This document shows positions 1 through 9,721 of a stretch of 41,095 nt of DNA, piece by piece. Both the position numbers and the translations under genes were made by a program. How positions within the stretch are numbered: the first letter of the stretch is position 1; each line of letters starts with the position of its first letter. The notes beneath the pieces were generated by a model that was given only the letters and a program-made list of their open reading frames with translations, was not told the origin of the DNA and made no database searches. Origin of the DNA: an uncultured bacterium (GTDB taxonomy: Bacteria > CAZSTA01); assembly GCA_964609495.1 (NCBI GenBank), contig CAZSTA010000006.1:1-41095 (forward strand), in the 5' to 3' direction.

Positions 1-157
1 CATCTAAAACGAGCCCATCTTGGGGAAGATACCTCTCTATAAATTGGAGGTGGAGGTAATATTTCAGCCTTCCAAAGGGAGAATTTTCGAATCGTTCCCA
101 CTCCTCGATACCCGCCTGATTATAGTGTTCTGCAACTTTTTGAGGATCATATGTCAT
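1..157 (-). CDS. Class I SAM-dependent methyltransferase, N-terminal part (runs off the window edge)
   Basis: Manual translation MTYDPQKVAEHYNQAGIEEWERFENSPFGRLKYYLHLQFIERYLPQDGLVLD, ending at the start of SAM motif I (VLD.G); AGGAG RBS upstream. Not in the ORF track. Confidence 0.7.
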   Translation of the reverse strand, partial: MTYDPQKVAEHYNQAGIEEWERFENSPFGRLKYYLHLQFIERYLPQDGLVLD

Positions 158-198
158 AGCTCTAAATTCTCCTATGAAACTACTCTCATCGCTCTACT

Positions 199-774
199 TC
201 ACCTTGCTAACATCACTAATAAGAGGGTCATACCAGCGCTGATCAGAGCGGTTATAATATAAGGCCATATCCGAAACACCTTATAATCAGCAGAGATATT
301 TCTATCTATGCTAAAGGCTATCTTCTTAATCTCCTCCGTGGTCATATTAACTAGTAGGACTCCATCTACATTATAAGCTAGATAGTATTCTAAAAGTTGG
401 CGACGAGTCGCGGTATTGGAGATGTTAGGTGCTTTGTAACCAGTCTTTACATCTACCACGTAGATCCTATTCCCCTTTGTGACTAAAGCATCAGCTCGAA
501 CGAAGTTCGTCTCTGGTCTCCCATCGACTAAGGTCACTACTTGAGCGGTTTTCTGAGTATCTAATACCTCGTAGCCTCTATCGGTCAAGAAGGATATAGC
601 CCTACTCTCCGCCCTCCTAGCCTTCCGAAATCTATCGTTCAGAGAATAACGCTCTTCTTCCTGCTTTACTTTGAAATATATTATTACCCCTATAGCTATG
701 ATGAGCAGGATAAATATTGGTAAAATTAAAAGAATCGCTACTCCTAACATAGAAAAAACAACTCCCAACTTCAA
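199..774 (-). CDS. Membrane-anchored protein with PD-(D/E)xK (YraN/restriction-endonuclease-like) domain
   Basis: Hydrophobic N- and C-terminal helices flank AESRAISFLTDRGYEVL...ADALV...VVDVKTG. True start may be the ATG at 750. Confidence 0.6.
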   Translation of the reverse strand: MKLGVVFSMLGVAILLILPIFILLIIAIGVIIYFKVKQEEERYSLNDRFRKARRAESRAISFLTDRGYEVLDTQKTAQVVTLVDGRPETNFVRADALVTKGNRIYVVDVKTGYKAPNISNTATRRQLLEYYLAYNVDGVLLVNMTTEEIKKIAFSIDRNISADYKVFRIWPYIITALISAGMTLLLVMLAR

Positions 775-897
775 GTATATCGGAGACTAGAGGCTTTCTT
801 TTAATTTCATACAACATTCTGCAAAGTGTGAAGCATTTGGTCAGATGAAAGGAGTTTCCAAACTGGTGTAGATGACATACCACATACGGGAGATCTG

Positions 898-1647
898 CTA
901 TTCTTTCGGCTGTAACGATTCAAGCACAGTTTCAATCCCTTGACTTCTGAAGTAGCTATTCAATGCGCTGAGATATTTCCCGAACTCTGATCTCATGATT
1001 TGGACTGTTGGATCAATATTCGCATAATATTCTTTTGCTGCCTTGTTAGTTTCATCAACCCTTTTATTAATAGTCGCATCATCGTCTGATATAAAGGCCC
1101 CTCTCTCCTCAATGAGAGCAAGTTTGAATTTACTAAAATGCTGCTTGAAGATTTGACGGAATTCCACCGCAGATTGGACAAAGCGTCCTGCAGTTCTGAT
1201 AATCTGATCACTATCAGAGAAATAAAGTAGGAGTCTGTGATAGTCAATATATATTTTATTAAATAAGCGCTCCATAGAAACTTGATATCCATATAATGAC
1301 TCGCTTAGGTCTCGATAAGGTATATCTCCAAATCTAATAGTCAGTTTCTCACCTAAAAGAGTTAAACAATCTTCAAAGAAGCGAAGTAGTGCTACATTTT
1401 TTTGCTCTTGAAGCTTTGTTTGGTGTTCTATCAGTATTTGGAGAGCTGCTTTAAGTCGCTCGACTTCGGATGTGTACTGTATGCGGATCTTCTCAATTTT
1501 GTCAGTAATTTCCTCAATGTCTTCCTTTGTCGCTAAGTTTCGACCTTTTTCTTTTAGGTATGAAGGTAGATAGATCTTTATAAAGATAAAAACTAGTCCA
1601 ATAGCGAGCAGTGTCACTATCTCGATGATGAGATTTATTATTTCCAT
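898..1647 (-). CDS. Hypothetical protein with N-terminal TM helix and coiled coil
   Basis: 249-aa ORF, purine-rich RBS; TM helix followed by SYLKEKGRNLATKEDIEEIT, a motif I recognise from uncharacterised accessory proteins. Confidence 0.7.
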   Translation of the reverse strand: MEIINLIIEIVTLLAIGLVFIFIKIYLPSYLKEKGRNLATKEDIEEITDKIEKIRIQYTSEVERLKAALQILIEHQTKLQEQKNVALLRFFEDCLTLLGEKLTIRFGDIPYRDLSESLYGYQVSMERLFNKIYIDYHRLLLYFSDSDQIIRTAGRFVQSAVEFRQIFKQHFSKFKLALIEERGAFISDDDATINKRVDETNKAAKEYYANIDPTVQIMRSEFGKYLSALNSYFRSQGIETVLESLQPKE

Positions 1648-1764
1648 TCTTCCCCCCGTTGATATGCTGATTAACTTAACATAACCGAACTACTTCGTAT
1701 GTCTAATAAGTCCATCAATTACGGTAACTACGCTCACTTATCGGTATAAGAGGAAAAAATCTCT

Positions 1765-2586
1765 TTAAGTCTTTACTTCGTAATGAGCCTCCTCGACCAC
1801 CCTCTCAATCTCCTCCGACCAATCTATCACCTCTCTCGTTGCTTCCCCTTTAGATAGATAGATGAAGAATTCTATATTTCCTGCTGGTCCCATTAAGGGG
1901 GAATAGGTGATCCCTCGAACGGATAAATTTAGCTCATAAGCCGCGCTTATAACCTCTTGAAGCACCTCTTTATGAAGTTCAGGGTCTCTCACTACCCCAC
2001 CTTTACCGACCTTCCCCTTTCCTACCTCGAACTGCGGTTTTATCAGGGCGACGATCTCTCCTTCATCCTTTAGGATATCTCCGACCGCAGGGAATACCTT
2101 CGCCAGGGAAATAAACGCTACATCTAATGTTGCCAGATCGATCTCCTCAGATATAATATCGTGGTTTATATATCGGACATTAGTCCGATCTACTACGATC
2201 ACTCGGGGATCCTGCTGAAGCGACCAAGCCAACTGCCCATATCCAACATCGACCGCGTAAATCCGCTTAGCCCCTCTCTGGAGGAGACAATCGGTGAAGC
2301 CACCAGTCGATGCCCCAGCATCCATAACGATCTTGTCCCCAATCTCGATCTCGAATACATCTAAAGCCCTCTCGAGCTTAACGCCTCCCCGACTAACATA
2401 GGGAAAAGATTTGTCCTTAACTATTATCTCAGAATCTATAGGCACTTTAGTCCCTGCTTTATCTATCCTCTGTCCGTCAACATAAACGATCCCAGCCATT
2501 ATCGCCCCTTGAGCTTGAGATCGGCTGGGAAATAGCCTCTCTTCGACTAAAAGTATATCTAAACGGATCTTTTCCCGTTTACTCAT
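1765..2586 (-). CDS. tlyA: TlyA family rRNA (cytidine-2'-O)-methyltransferase
   Basis: S4 domain (RLDILLVE), YVSRGGVKL, DAGASTGGFTDCLLQRGA, LIKPQFE, GPAGNIEF. Confidence 0.97.
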   Translation of the reverse strand: MSKREKIRLDILLVEERLFPSRSQAQGAIMAGIVYVDGQRIDKAGTKVPIDSEIIVKDKSFPYVSRGGVKLERALDVFEIEIGDKIVMDAGASTGGFTDCLLQRGAKRIYAVDVGYGQLAWSLQQDPRVIVVDRTNVRYINHDIISEEIDLATLDVAFISLAKVFPAVGDILKDEGEIVALIKPQFEVGKGKVGKGGVVRDPELHKEVLQEVISAAYELNLSVRGITYSPLMGPAGNIEFFIYLSKGEATREVIDWSEEIERVVEEAHYEVKT

Positions 2587-2591
2587 GACAA

Positions 2592-2852
2592 CTAATCGTT
2601 ATTCTCGACCTCATAAAGAGAGCGCATATCCAGGACCTTAAGCTCTGCTCCTCCCTCTTTTGATTTAAGTAGAAGTTGGATCTTCTGCTCTGCCCTATCC
2701 AACTTCTGGGAACACAGGTGAGAAAGACGAATTCCCTCCTCGAACTTCTCTAACAATTCCTCTAAGGAAAGCTCATCGCTTTCCAGATCGGATACTATCT
2801 CTTCTAACTTCTTCATCGCCTCTTCAAAGGATAGCTCTTCTTTATGACTCAT
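2592..2852 (-). CDS. xseB: Exodeoxyribonuclease VII small subunit
   Basis: LSFEEAMKKLEEIVSDLE...LSLEE...FEEGIRL...C...L..AEQKI. Confidence 0.95.
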   Translation of the reverse strand: MSHKEELSFEEAMKKLEEIVSDLESDELSLEELLEKFEEGIRLSHLCSQKLDRAEQKIQLLLKSKEGGAELKVLDMRSLYEVENND

Positions 2853-2873
2853 ATTATTCTTCCCTCTCTTAAG

Positions 2874-4331
2874 TCAGCCTTCTCTCTTCTTCATTATCTG
2901 CAATTCAACTGCCGACACGGAAGCTGGTGGGAACTCCCAAATTCCCTCCATCGGTAGAGGGTGTTCTACAGGAGCGAGGAGATCGGGGGATGTCTCCATA
3001 ATCTCGAACTCAGGATCAGTGGCGATCTCAAATATATAACCAGATTTAATCATCATATCCTCTACCGCCAGTCGAGCCTTAACCGAATGCGTGCGGTCGG
3101 TATTAACCACGTGCAGATAAATACAATCATCAGTCCGACTAGCGGTTATATCGAGTTCTTCAGGCGCTATTGAGATACTGACCGCTTCTCTTCCAATGTG
3201 CTGGCGAAAAAGCGCCATAACTCGAGCTACCGGCATCATAAAAGCCTTATAACGACCTCGGGGGGTGGGAATCATAATTGCATTAACCATCCATCTATTA
3301 CCACAAAAATCAGCTAGGGTTGCGATCTTGAGGATATCCCCGTTCCTTGTATGAACATTCAGGACTCTAGCATTGGCAACGCCAGCCGCCCAGGTTGAAA
3401 GTAGCTCACACCGATTGCGGCCAGGGAGGGCGAAGTGGCTTTCGGTAAGAGCAAGAGTGACATCATAGCCAGCGATCTCCTCCCGCATCTGCTGGATCCT
3501 AATCTCGGTTGACTTGAACGCGTTCATTAAGTGGTGCCAAGTTAATTCGGGATCTCTTCGATACTCAGTATCTTTAAGGGGAGAATTGTCAAGACCCGAA
3601 TTGAAGTGATGATGAAAAGCTATATATTGCAATTCTTCTCCCGCGACCTCAAGCATCCTCCTAGCCCACCCATTATCGCCCCAGGCGATCAATTCGATAT
3701 TCGGATCCGCCTTGTGCATCGCTTGAGCGAAAGCAAGCGTTCGCCTCGCGGCAGTTTCGTAATCAAACCCTTCTGGATCATACGAGGTCTCATTACCGAT
3801 CTGCCAGAGACGGACATCAAGCGGTTTCTCCGCCCCGTTCTTCTTCCTTGCCGTGTTTCCCGGATTATCACAGTAATCCACCCACTCTGCCGCTTCCTCC
3901 GGGCTAGCTGATCGAACACCACCCTTGAGAGGATGAGCCCATCTCTTCCTTCCGTCCGACTCGAAGTTGACCGCGATCAAAGGATCCGCACCTACCTGAC
4001 GACAGAAATCGATGAACTCGTGCGTTCCCACCTGGTTGGTCTCGACCCCACCCCAGCAGAGATTGAGCATCGGTTTTCGCCGATCTCTCGGACCAACCGC
4101 TTCCTTCCACCGATAATAGGAACTGAAGCATCCTCCCGGCCATCGAATGAGGGTGGGCGATAGTTTACGCGTTACCTCTATAACATCTTCACGCCAGCAG
4201 TCTCGCTCAAAATCCCAAGCCGCTTCCACAGAGCTATCGGTGTTGCCTAGTGGTTCCATAAATTGCATAAATAGATAAGGCGACAAGCTGAACTTTGGTT
4301 GCGGATCAACGCTTAAAATTCTATCCATCAA
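2874..4331 (-). CDS. GH51 alpha-L-arabinofuranosidase-like glycoside hydrolase
   Basis: QFMEPLG, IRWPGGCF, TNQVGTHEF, WQIGNE (acid/base Glu), ALTE (nucleophile region), C-terminal beta-sandwich. Confidence 0.9.
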   Translation of the reverse strand: MMDRILSVDPQPKFSLSPYLFMQFMEPLGNTDSSVEAAWDFERDCWREDVIEVTRKLSPTLIRWPGGCFSSYYRWKEAVGPRDRRKPMLNLCWGGVETNQVGTHEFIDFCRQVGADPLIAVNFESDGRKRWAHPLKGGVRSASPEEAAEWVDYCDNPGNTARKKNGAEKPLDVRLWQIGNETSYDPEGFDYETAARRTLAFAQAMHKADPNIELIAWGDNGWARRMLEVAGEELQYIAFHHHFNSGLDNSPLKDTEYRRDPELTWHHLMNAFKSTEIRIQQMREEIAGYDVTLALTESHFALPGRNRCELLSTWAAGVANARVLNVHTRNGDILKIATLADFCGNRWMVNAIMIPTPRGRYKAFMMPVARVMALFRQHIGREAVSISIAPEELDITASRTDDCIYLHVVNTDRTHSVKARLAVEDMMIKSGYIFEIATDPEFEIMETSPDLLAPVEHPLPMEGIWEFPPASVSAVELQIMKKREG

Positions 4332-4376
4332 TTTTACCTTTCATTACTTAACCTGAGTGGCGCATAAAAGTTCAGA

Positions 4377-5219
4377 TTATCCTTTCAAACCGGTCATATG
4401 GATCCCCTCTACGATCTTACCCTGGGCTATCCAGAAGAAGATGAGAGGAGGAATCGTAGCTAGGGTAGCTCCAGCCATTGTTATTCCATAATATATTCCA
4501 TATCTATTCAGGAATTTAAGCAAAGCTATGGGAAGAGTCTGCATATCAACAGAATCTAAGACGATATAGGGCCAGAGGAAACTGTTCCAACTGCCTAGAA
4601 AAGTCATTATTCCCAAAGTCGCGATCGCAGGTTTAGCTAGAGGAAGCACGATTTTATAGAATATCTTAAACTTACTGCAACCATCTATCCTCGCCGCATC
4701 CTCCAATTCCCTCGGAACCGTTAAGAAAAACTGTCTAAGAAGGAAAACCCCAAATACCCCTCCTAGTCCGGGGATGATCACTGCGTAGTATGTGTTTAAC
4801 AAACCAAGGCGATGAAAGATCAAATAGACTGGGATCAGTGTTATCTCTCCCGGAACGATGAGCGCGGCGATCACCAAGAAGAAGAGCAGATCCCTACCTT
4901 TAAACTCCAAACGAGCGAAGGCATAAGCGGCCAGCGAATCAATAGTTAAGACGAGCGCTGTAAATACTGAAGCTACAAATAGACTATTGAAAAACGAACG
5001 GACCAGATTAACCTTCCTCAATTTGAATATGACCTCATAATAGTTATCGAGCGTGAATTCTTTAGGAATAAGCCGCGGGGGAATCGCTATCGTATCCATC
5101 TCCGGCTTAAACGAAGTTGAGATCGCCCATAGTATCGGAAAAAGCCAGAATAATGAAAATACCGAGAGTAAAACATAATATAGGATCTTCTCAGTTCGTT
5201 GCCATCTCTTTCTATACAT
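4377..5219 (-). CDS. Carbohydrate ABC transporter permease (MalG-like)
   Basis: EAA motif ELEDAARIDGC; multiple TM helices; WNSFLWP. Confidence 0.95.
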   Translation of the reverse strand: MYRKRWQRTEKILYYVLLSVFSLFWLFPILWAISTSFKPEMDTIAIPPRLIPKEFTLDNYYEVIFKLRKVNLVRSFFNSLFVASVFTALVLTIDSLAAYAFARLEFKGRDLLFFLVIAALIVPGEITLIPVYLIFHRLGLLNTYYAVIIPGLGGVFGVFLLRQFFLTVPRELEDAARIDGCSKFKIFYKIVLPLAKPAIATLGIMTFLGSWNSFLWPYIVLDSVDMQTLPIALLKFLNRYGIYYGITMAGATLATIPPLIFFWIAQGKIVEGIHMTGLKG

Positions 5220-5241
5220 CTCTTATCTCCCACCCATTCTA

Positions 5242-6162
5242 TTAATAAGCCTTTCCTCCCTTAAGCACCTTAAACTGAATATAGGTAAAGAAGAGTATAA
5301 CTGCAAATAGAATCCAAGCGATTGCCGAGGCGTAACCCATCCGGAAGTAGCGAAATGCATTATCATACAAATACATTATAACTGACCGGGTAGTATTAGC
5401 CGGGCCTCCATTAGTCAGAACGAGTATCAATCCAAATACCTTGAAAGCTCCAACGATCGTCATTACGGAGACGAACAACAACACCGGCCTCAAAGAAGGA
5501 AAAGTGATCCGAGTAAATTTAGCCCACCTGCCCGCTCCATCTATATCCGCGGCCTCATATAACTGTCTGGGAATTTCCTTCAATCCAGCTAAGAACAGGA
5601 TCATATTCCATCCGCTTCCCCACGCGGCGACGATTACAATGGCTAACATCGCCCAACCTGGCAATCTCAACCACTGCTGTTTAGGTAATCCTAGTCGATA
5701 GAGATAATAGTTCAAAATGCCGTAAGTCGGATTTAAAATCCACAGCCAGATAATACTTGTTGCAGAAATGGCGATCACCAAAGGAGAGGCATAAACACCC
5801 CGATAGACCCTCACTCCTTTCACGTCTTCCTTCAAGATCAGCGCCACAAAGAGGGGAAGAATTATGAACAGTGGAACACCAAGAGTTATATATAAGGAGG
5901 TATTCTTACATGTCTGCCAGAATAGATCGTCTTTTGTAAGAAGTTCCTTATAATTAGCAAGACCTATAAAGTTTTTACTCCCCAGTATATCCCAATCGGT
6001 AAAGCTGATGTAGAATCCCTGAAGGACCGGCCAAACGAGAAAGATTATGAAGAAGAAGCCGAAGGGGAGAAGGTAGAGATAGGGATAAAGTGGGTTGTTT
6101 TCATTTAATAGGAGATATCTTGAACGTTTGCGAATCATATTAGTTTGTCTCATTAGGAGCAT
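5242..6162 (-). CDS. Carbohydrate ABC transporter permease (MalF-like)
   Basis: LYEAADIDGA, SFTDW, FIGLANY, GYASA motifs. Confidence 0.95.
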   Translation of the reverse strand: MLLMRQTNMIRKRSRYLLLNENNPLYPYLYLLPFGFFFIIFLVWPVLQGFYISFTDWDILGSKNFIGLANYKELLTKDDLFWQTCKNTSLYITLGVPLFIILPLFVALILKEDVKGVRVYRGVYASPLVIAISATSIIWLWILNPTYGILNYYLYRLGLPKQQWLRLPGWAMLAIVIVAAWGSGWNMILFLAGLKEIPRQLYEAADIDGAGRWAKFTRITFPSLRPVLLFVSVMTIVGAFKVFGLILVLTNGGPANTTRSVIMYLYDNAFRYFRMGYASAIAWILFAVILFFTYIQFKVLKGGKAY

Positions 6163-6223
6163 CTCCTTTTCTCAGAACTGCCGATAATCATCAAGTCCGA
6201 GAACCTTATGATCAGGGAGTTGA

Positions 6224-6254
6224 GGGTAAGCCAAACTTGACACTTGGCTTACCC
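6224..6254 (-). terminator. Intercistronic stem-loop after the solute-binding protein gene
   Basis: GGGTAAGCCAA-9 nt-TTGGCTTACCC, perfect 11-bp stem; typical mRNA stabiliser or partial terminator in ABC operons. Confidence 0.65.
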
Positions 6255-6269
6255 TACCATTATCTCCTA

Positions 6270-7556
6270 CTACTCTCTTGCTATGATCTCGTTTGCTTTC
6301 TGCTCTGCTTCCGCTAAGATCCCATCGATATCAGAATCCGGAGCCAACATTATCTTCTCCAGCGAGGGAACGAGAATACTTGTCTCGATCTCCAGATATC
6401 GGGGATTATGTGGATAGAAGGCGGCATAAGGAAGCTGAGGAACCCAGGCTTTCCTTAAGTAAGGAACGACTCCCATAGCCTCAGCGAACCCTTGAGATGC
6501 CCGAACCTTGTTATTCGCGGGCACCTGACCGGCATAAGCCCAATCCAGACTGTGATCTGAGAGCCACTTAGCTAGCACCAACGAAGCTTCTCTCTTCTCT
6601 GGCTCTGGCTTCGGCTTATTCAATAGAGCGAATTGGTGGCTCTGAGACCAAACAGCTTGGTGCTCCTCATCCAGATATGGGCATGGAGCTACATCGAGAT
6701 ACTCTCTGGCCTCACTCTTTTCATCGAGGAAAAAGTAGGTCAAAGACCATGGGCCATCTAGCCACATCGCGATCTGGTTGGTCCTCATCGCATCCCACTC
6801 TACACCAGTGGGATTGAACTCAAATTTCCCGGCTCGGAGGAATTTGATCGCTTCCTTCCCAGCCTCGCTATTGAACGCCACCTCCGTTCCATCCTCGGTG
6901 AAGAGGCTTCCTTCTCTCTGCTTAAGAAGCTCGAACCACCACCAGACGAACAACCAGGGACCAGAGTCGTAGAATGCTGCTCCGATTTGTCCTCCCTCGA
7001 TGATAGGGCCGCCTTTCGTCATCTTTCCTGCATATTCGACATACTCATCCCAAGTCTTCGCCGGGGAGTCAGGATCAAGTCCAGCATCGCTGTAAAGTTT
7101 TCTGTTGTAATACAGAGCTAGTGCATGGATATCTAGAGGAATTGTATAGCGAGCTCCTTTATAGGAACTGAATCCCCATACGGGGGCGAAGATATCCTCT
7201 CCCTTGACTCCAACCTCGGCTAACTCCTCGTCCGTAATAGGAGAGATAACGTCCTTATCGGCATAAGAAGCTACGTAGGATGAGCGAAGCAGAGTTATAT
7301 CCGGTCCCGTCCCGCTCAGAGTCGAGATGATGATCTTCTGTTCATAATCCTCAACTCCTTGGACGGATTCGACATCGATATCCGGATTCTCCACCACGAA
7401 TTTATCGAATACTATGTTATCCATTATCGCCCCATCAACATTCCCAAGCACCGTCCAGTAAACGATCTTAACCTTCTTGGCTGCCAGAGCTGAGCCAGGC
7501 ATTAGGCCAAGTGCAAGAGCAAAAAGAACCCCTAATATGATGATCTTAGTTTTCAT
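6270..7556 (-). CDS. Sugar ABC transporter extracellular solute-binding protein (CUT1)
   Basis: Signal peptide (ALA/A), ENPDIDVE, YTIPLD...LYYNRKLY..AGLD...KTWDE; AGGAGG RBS. Confidence 0.93.
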   Translation of the reverse strand: MKTKIIILGVLFALALGLMPGSALAAKKVKIVYWTVLGNVDGAIMDNIVFDKFVVENPDIDVESVQGVEDYEQKIIISTLSGTGPDITLLRSSYVASYADKDVISPITDEELAEVGVKGEDIFAPVWGFSSYKGARYTIPLDIHALALYYNRKLYSDAGLDPDSPAKTWDEYVEYAGKMTKGGPIIEGGQIGAAFYDSGPWLFVWWWFELLKQREGSLFTEDGTEVAFNSEAGKEAIKFLRAGKFEFNPTGVEWDAMRTNQIAMWLDGPWSLTYFFLDEKSEAREYLDVAPCPYLDEEHQAVWSQSHQFALLNKPKPEPEKREASLVLAKWLSDHSLDWAYAGQVPANNKVRASQGFAEAMGVVPYLRKAWVPQLPYAAFYPHNPRYLEIETSILVPSLEKIMLAPDSDIDGILAEAEQKANEIIARE

Positions 7557-7845
7557 TTAATTTCCTCCTTTTAATAAATTTTGATTTCGACTGCCTAAGA
7601 CGACTTATTTTTACTCTCTATCACCTCCCTTGATGTTCGATCAGAGCTCGGCTACCTCGATCCCTATCGAGACCGGCTTGCGATACTCGAAAGCCTGACC
7701 ATCAGCCATTACGTAAGCTTTAGCGATATAGTTGTGATATTTTTAGATTATAACTACTTAATCCTTATACATTCTGCTTACTTCGAGATTTTCAAGTAGG
7801 GATAAAGGTTACCTAATAAATTAGCATAAGCTCCATAGTGAAAAA

Positions 7846-7914
7846 ATCTCGAAATGCGAGATTTTTTATCTCATATTTCGAGACAATTATACCATAGAAT
7901 AGAGATGAGGTCAA
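7846..7914 (-). promoter_or_regulatory. Sigma70 promoter with two tandem palindromic operators for the sugar ABC/GH51 operon
   Basis: Minus strand TTGACC-17 nt-TATAAT (7914..7886), extended -10 TG, followed directly by GTCTCGAAATATGAGAT and ATCTCGCATTTCGAGAT. Confidence 0.75.
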
Positions 7915-8002
7915 GGGATTTCTAAGGATACGACATATCTACCTTCATCATAAGCATATTTAAAGATTTTTGTTTCCAATACTAATGAATCGAAAAAAGC
8001 CG

Positions 8003-9226
8003 CTAGGGCAACTTACTCCCCCTCTCTACTTTATCAACAACACTTACTATTTCCCCATCTTCGATCAAATTGAGTATATGATCGCCACTCTCGATTTGCT
8101 CGATAGAACTTATCAACTTGCGTTCTGGTAACTTGAAACATAAGCTGTAGCCCCGACTCAGAATGGATAGAGGACTCAAAGCCTCCAATTTGCCTATTAG
8201 AGATTGAAAATCCCTTCTCTTAAAAGCGATCTTGTATTGTGGCGTTGAGATCATAGATGATGTCGTCTCATCGAGCTGTTGACGAAGCTGATCCAAACGA
8301 GCTTGAGACTTCCAGTATACCTTATCTGAGATCACACTTCTCAGATGCTCTCGCTTGCGTTTCAGCATCCGTAACCCCGCAGATTCTAATCTCAGCCTTA
8401 ATTCTGCAATCCTGGTCTCTAACTCCGCCTTCTCAGGGATAGCAAGAGAAGCCGCAGCTGAGGGAGTAGGAGCACGCTTATCCGCAACGAAATCCGCTAT
8501 CGTAAAATCAGTCTCATGGCCAACCGCGGAGATTATCGGGATTCGAGAGGTGAAGATAGCCCTGGCTAGGATCTCCTCATTGAAAGCCCATAGATCCTCT
8601 ATGGATCCTCCCCCGCGCCCAACGATTATGAGATCCACCTCCGTATAATTATTAAGCATACGGATCGCCTCGGCGATCTCCTGGGCGGCTCCCTCCCCCT
8701 GAACCATAACTGGAACAAGGATCAATTGGATATTAGGAAAGCGTCTAGTGATTATCTCGACGATATCTCGGATGGCAGCTCCGGTGAGTGAGGTTACTAT
8801 CCCTATCTTCTCGGGAAGGAAAGGAAGGGCGAGTTTGCGCTCCTCGGCGAAGAGACCCTCCTCCTCCAATCTCTGCTTTAACTTCTCAAAAGCTAGATAA
8901 AGAGCTCCTCTGCCGAGGGTCTGTATATCCTGGACGTATAGCTGGTATCTTCCTCCTTTCTCATATACGCTTACATATCCATAAGCCATTACCTCGGCTC
9001 CATCCCCTGGAACGAAATGCAAATATTGGGCTTGGTTGCGAAACATAATACAAGGGATAGAACTTTCGGAATCCCTTAGAGTGAAATAAATATGTCCAGA
9101 GCGAGGAATACTGAGATTCGATATCTCCCCTTTAACCCAAAGACCACTTAAGTTAGCATCGTCCTCCAGCAAATACCTAAGATACCGAGTTAGCTCCCCT
9201 ACCGAGAAAAGATGAGGGCCATCCAC
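8003..9226 (-). CDS. xseA: Exodeoxyribonuclease VII large subunit
   Basis: VKGEISN..SGHIYFTL, TSLTGAAIRD, GRGGGSIEDLWAFNEE, SAVGHETD, RAPTPSAAA, LSPLSILSRGYS. Confidence 0.98.
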   Translation of the reverse strand: MDGPHLFSVGELTRYLRYLLEDDANLSGLWVKGEISNLSIPRSGHIYFTLRDSESSIPCIMFRNQAQYLHFVPGDGAEVMAYGYVSVYEKGGRYQLYVQDIQTLGRGALYLAFEKLKQRLEEEGLFAEERKLALPFLPEKIGIVTSLTGAAIRDIVEIITRRFPNIQLILVPVMVQGEGAAQEIAEAIRMLNNYTEVDLIIVGRGGGSIEDLWAFNEEILARAIFTSRIPIISAVGHETDFTIADFVADKRAPTPSAAASLAIPEKAELETRIAELRLRLESAGLRMLKRKREHLRSVISDKVYWKSQARLDQLRQQLDETTSSMISTPQYKIAFKRRDFQSLIGKLEALSPLSILSRGYSLCFKLPERKLISSIEQIESGDHILNLIEDGEIVSVVDKVERGSKLP

Positions 9227-9231
9227 TTCGC

Positions 9232-9678
9232 TTATCGCCTTCCTTTGGCAGTCTTTCTTATCTGTTCCCGCAGCTCATCTAATTTAAGTAATATATTCCC
9301 TAAGATTCCATTGACAAATCTTCCCGACTCAGCGGTGCTATACTTCTTAGCTAATTCCACTGCCTCATTTATGGAGACGCTGGCGGGGATATCATCCAAA
9401 AATATCATCTCGTAGGTAGCTATTCTGATTATAGAGCGATCTACATTGGCCATTCGATCTAAGCTCCAATTCTCCGCGAAACGGTTTATTATATCGTCTA
9501 TCTCTTCATGGTGAGCGATGGTTCCTCTGGAGATGAGTTCAGCGAAGCCCCGAACTTCCTTTCGAGGAATCAGATCCTCAAAGAGCATAAGTAATGCGTC
9601 ATCGATAGGAGTTTCCACCATATCGTTTTGAAATAGAGCTTTTAAAGCGATCTCCCGGCCTTCCCTCCTCAAAGTCAA
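9232..9678 (-). CDS. nusB: Transcription antitermination factor NusB
   Basis: RREGREIALKALFQ, NWSLDRMANVDR, SINEAVELAKKY, FVNGIL. Confidence 0.97.
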   Translation of the reverse strand: MTLRREGREIALKALFQNDMVETPIDDALLMLFEDLIPRKEVRGFAELISRGTIAHHEEIDDIINRFAENWSLDRMANVDRSIIRIATYEMIFLDDIPASVSINEAVELAKKYSTAESGRFVNGILGNILLKLDELREQIRKTAKGRR

Positions 9679-9721
9679 GGGCGATCACCTCAAGACATAT
9701 GATCTTAACAAAGAGCAGAAT

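Noticed and set aside
7641-7742. Short minus-strand frame (...YIAKAYVMADGQAFEYRKPVSIGIEVAEL*) in the sugar operon leader
   Set aside because: No RBS or recognisable family; it may be a gene remnant but cannot be supported.
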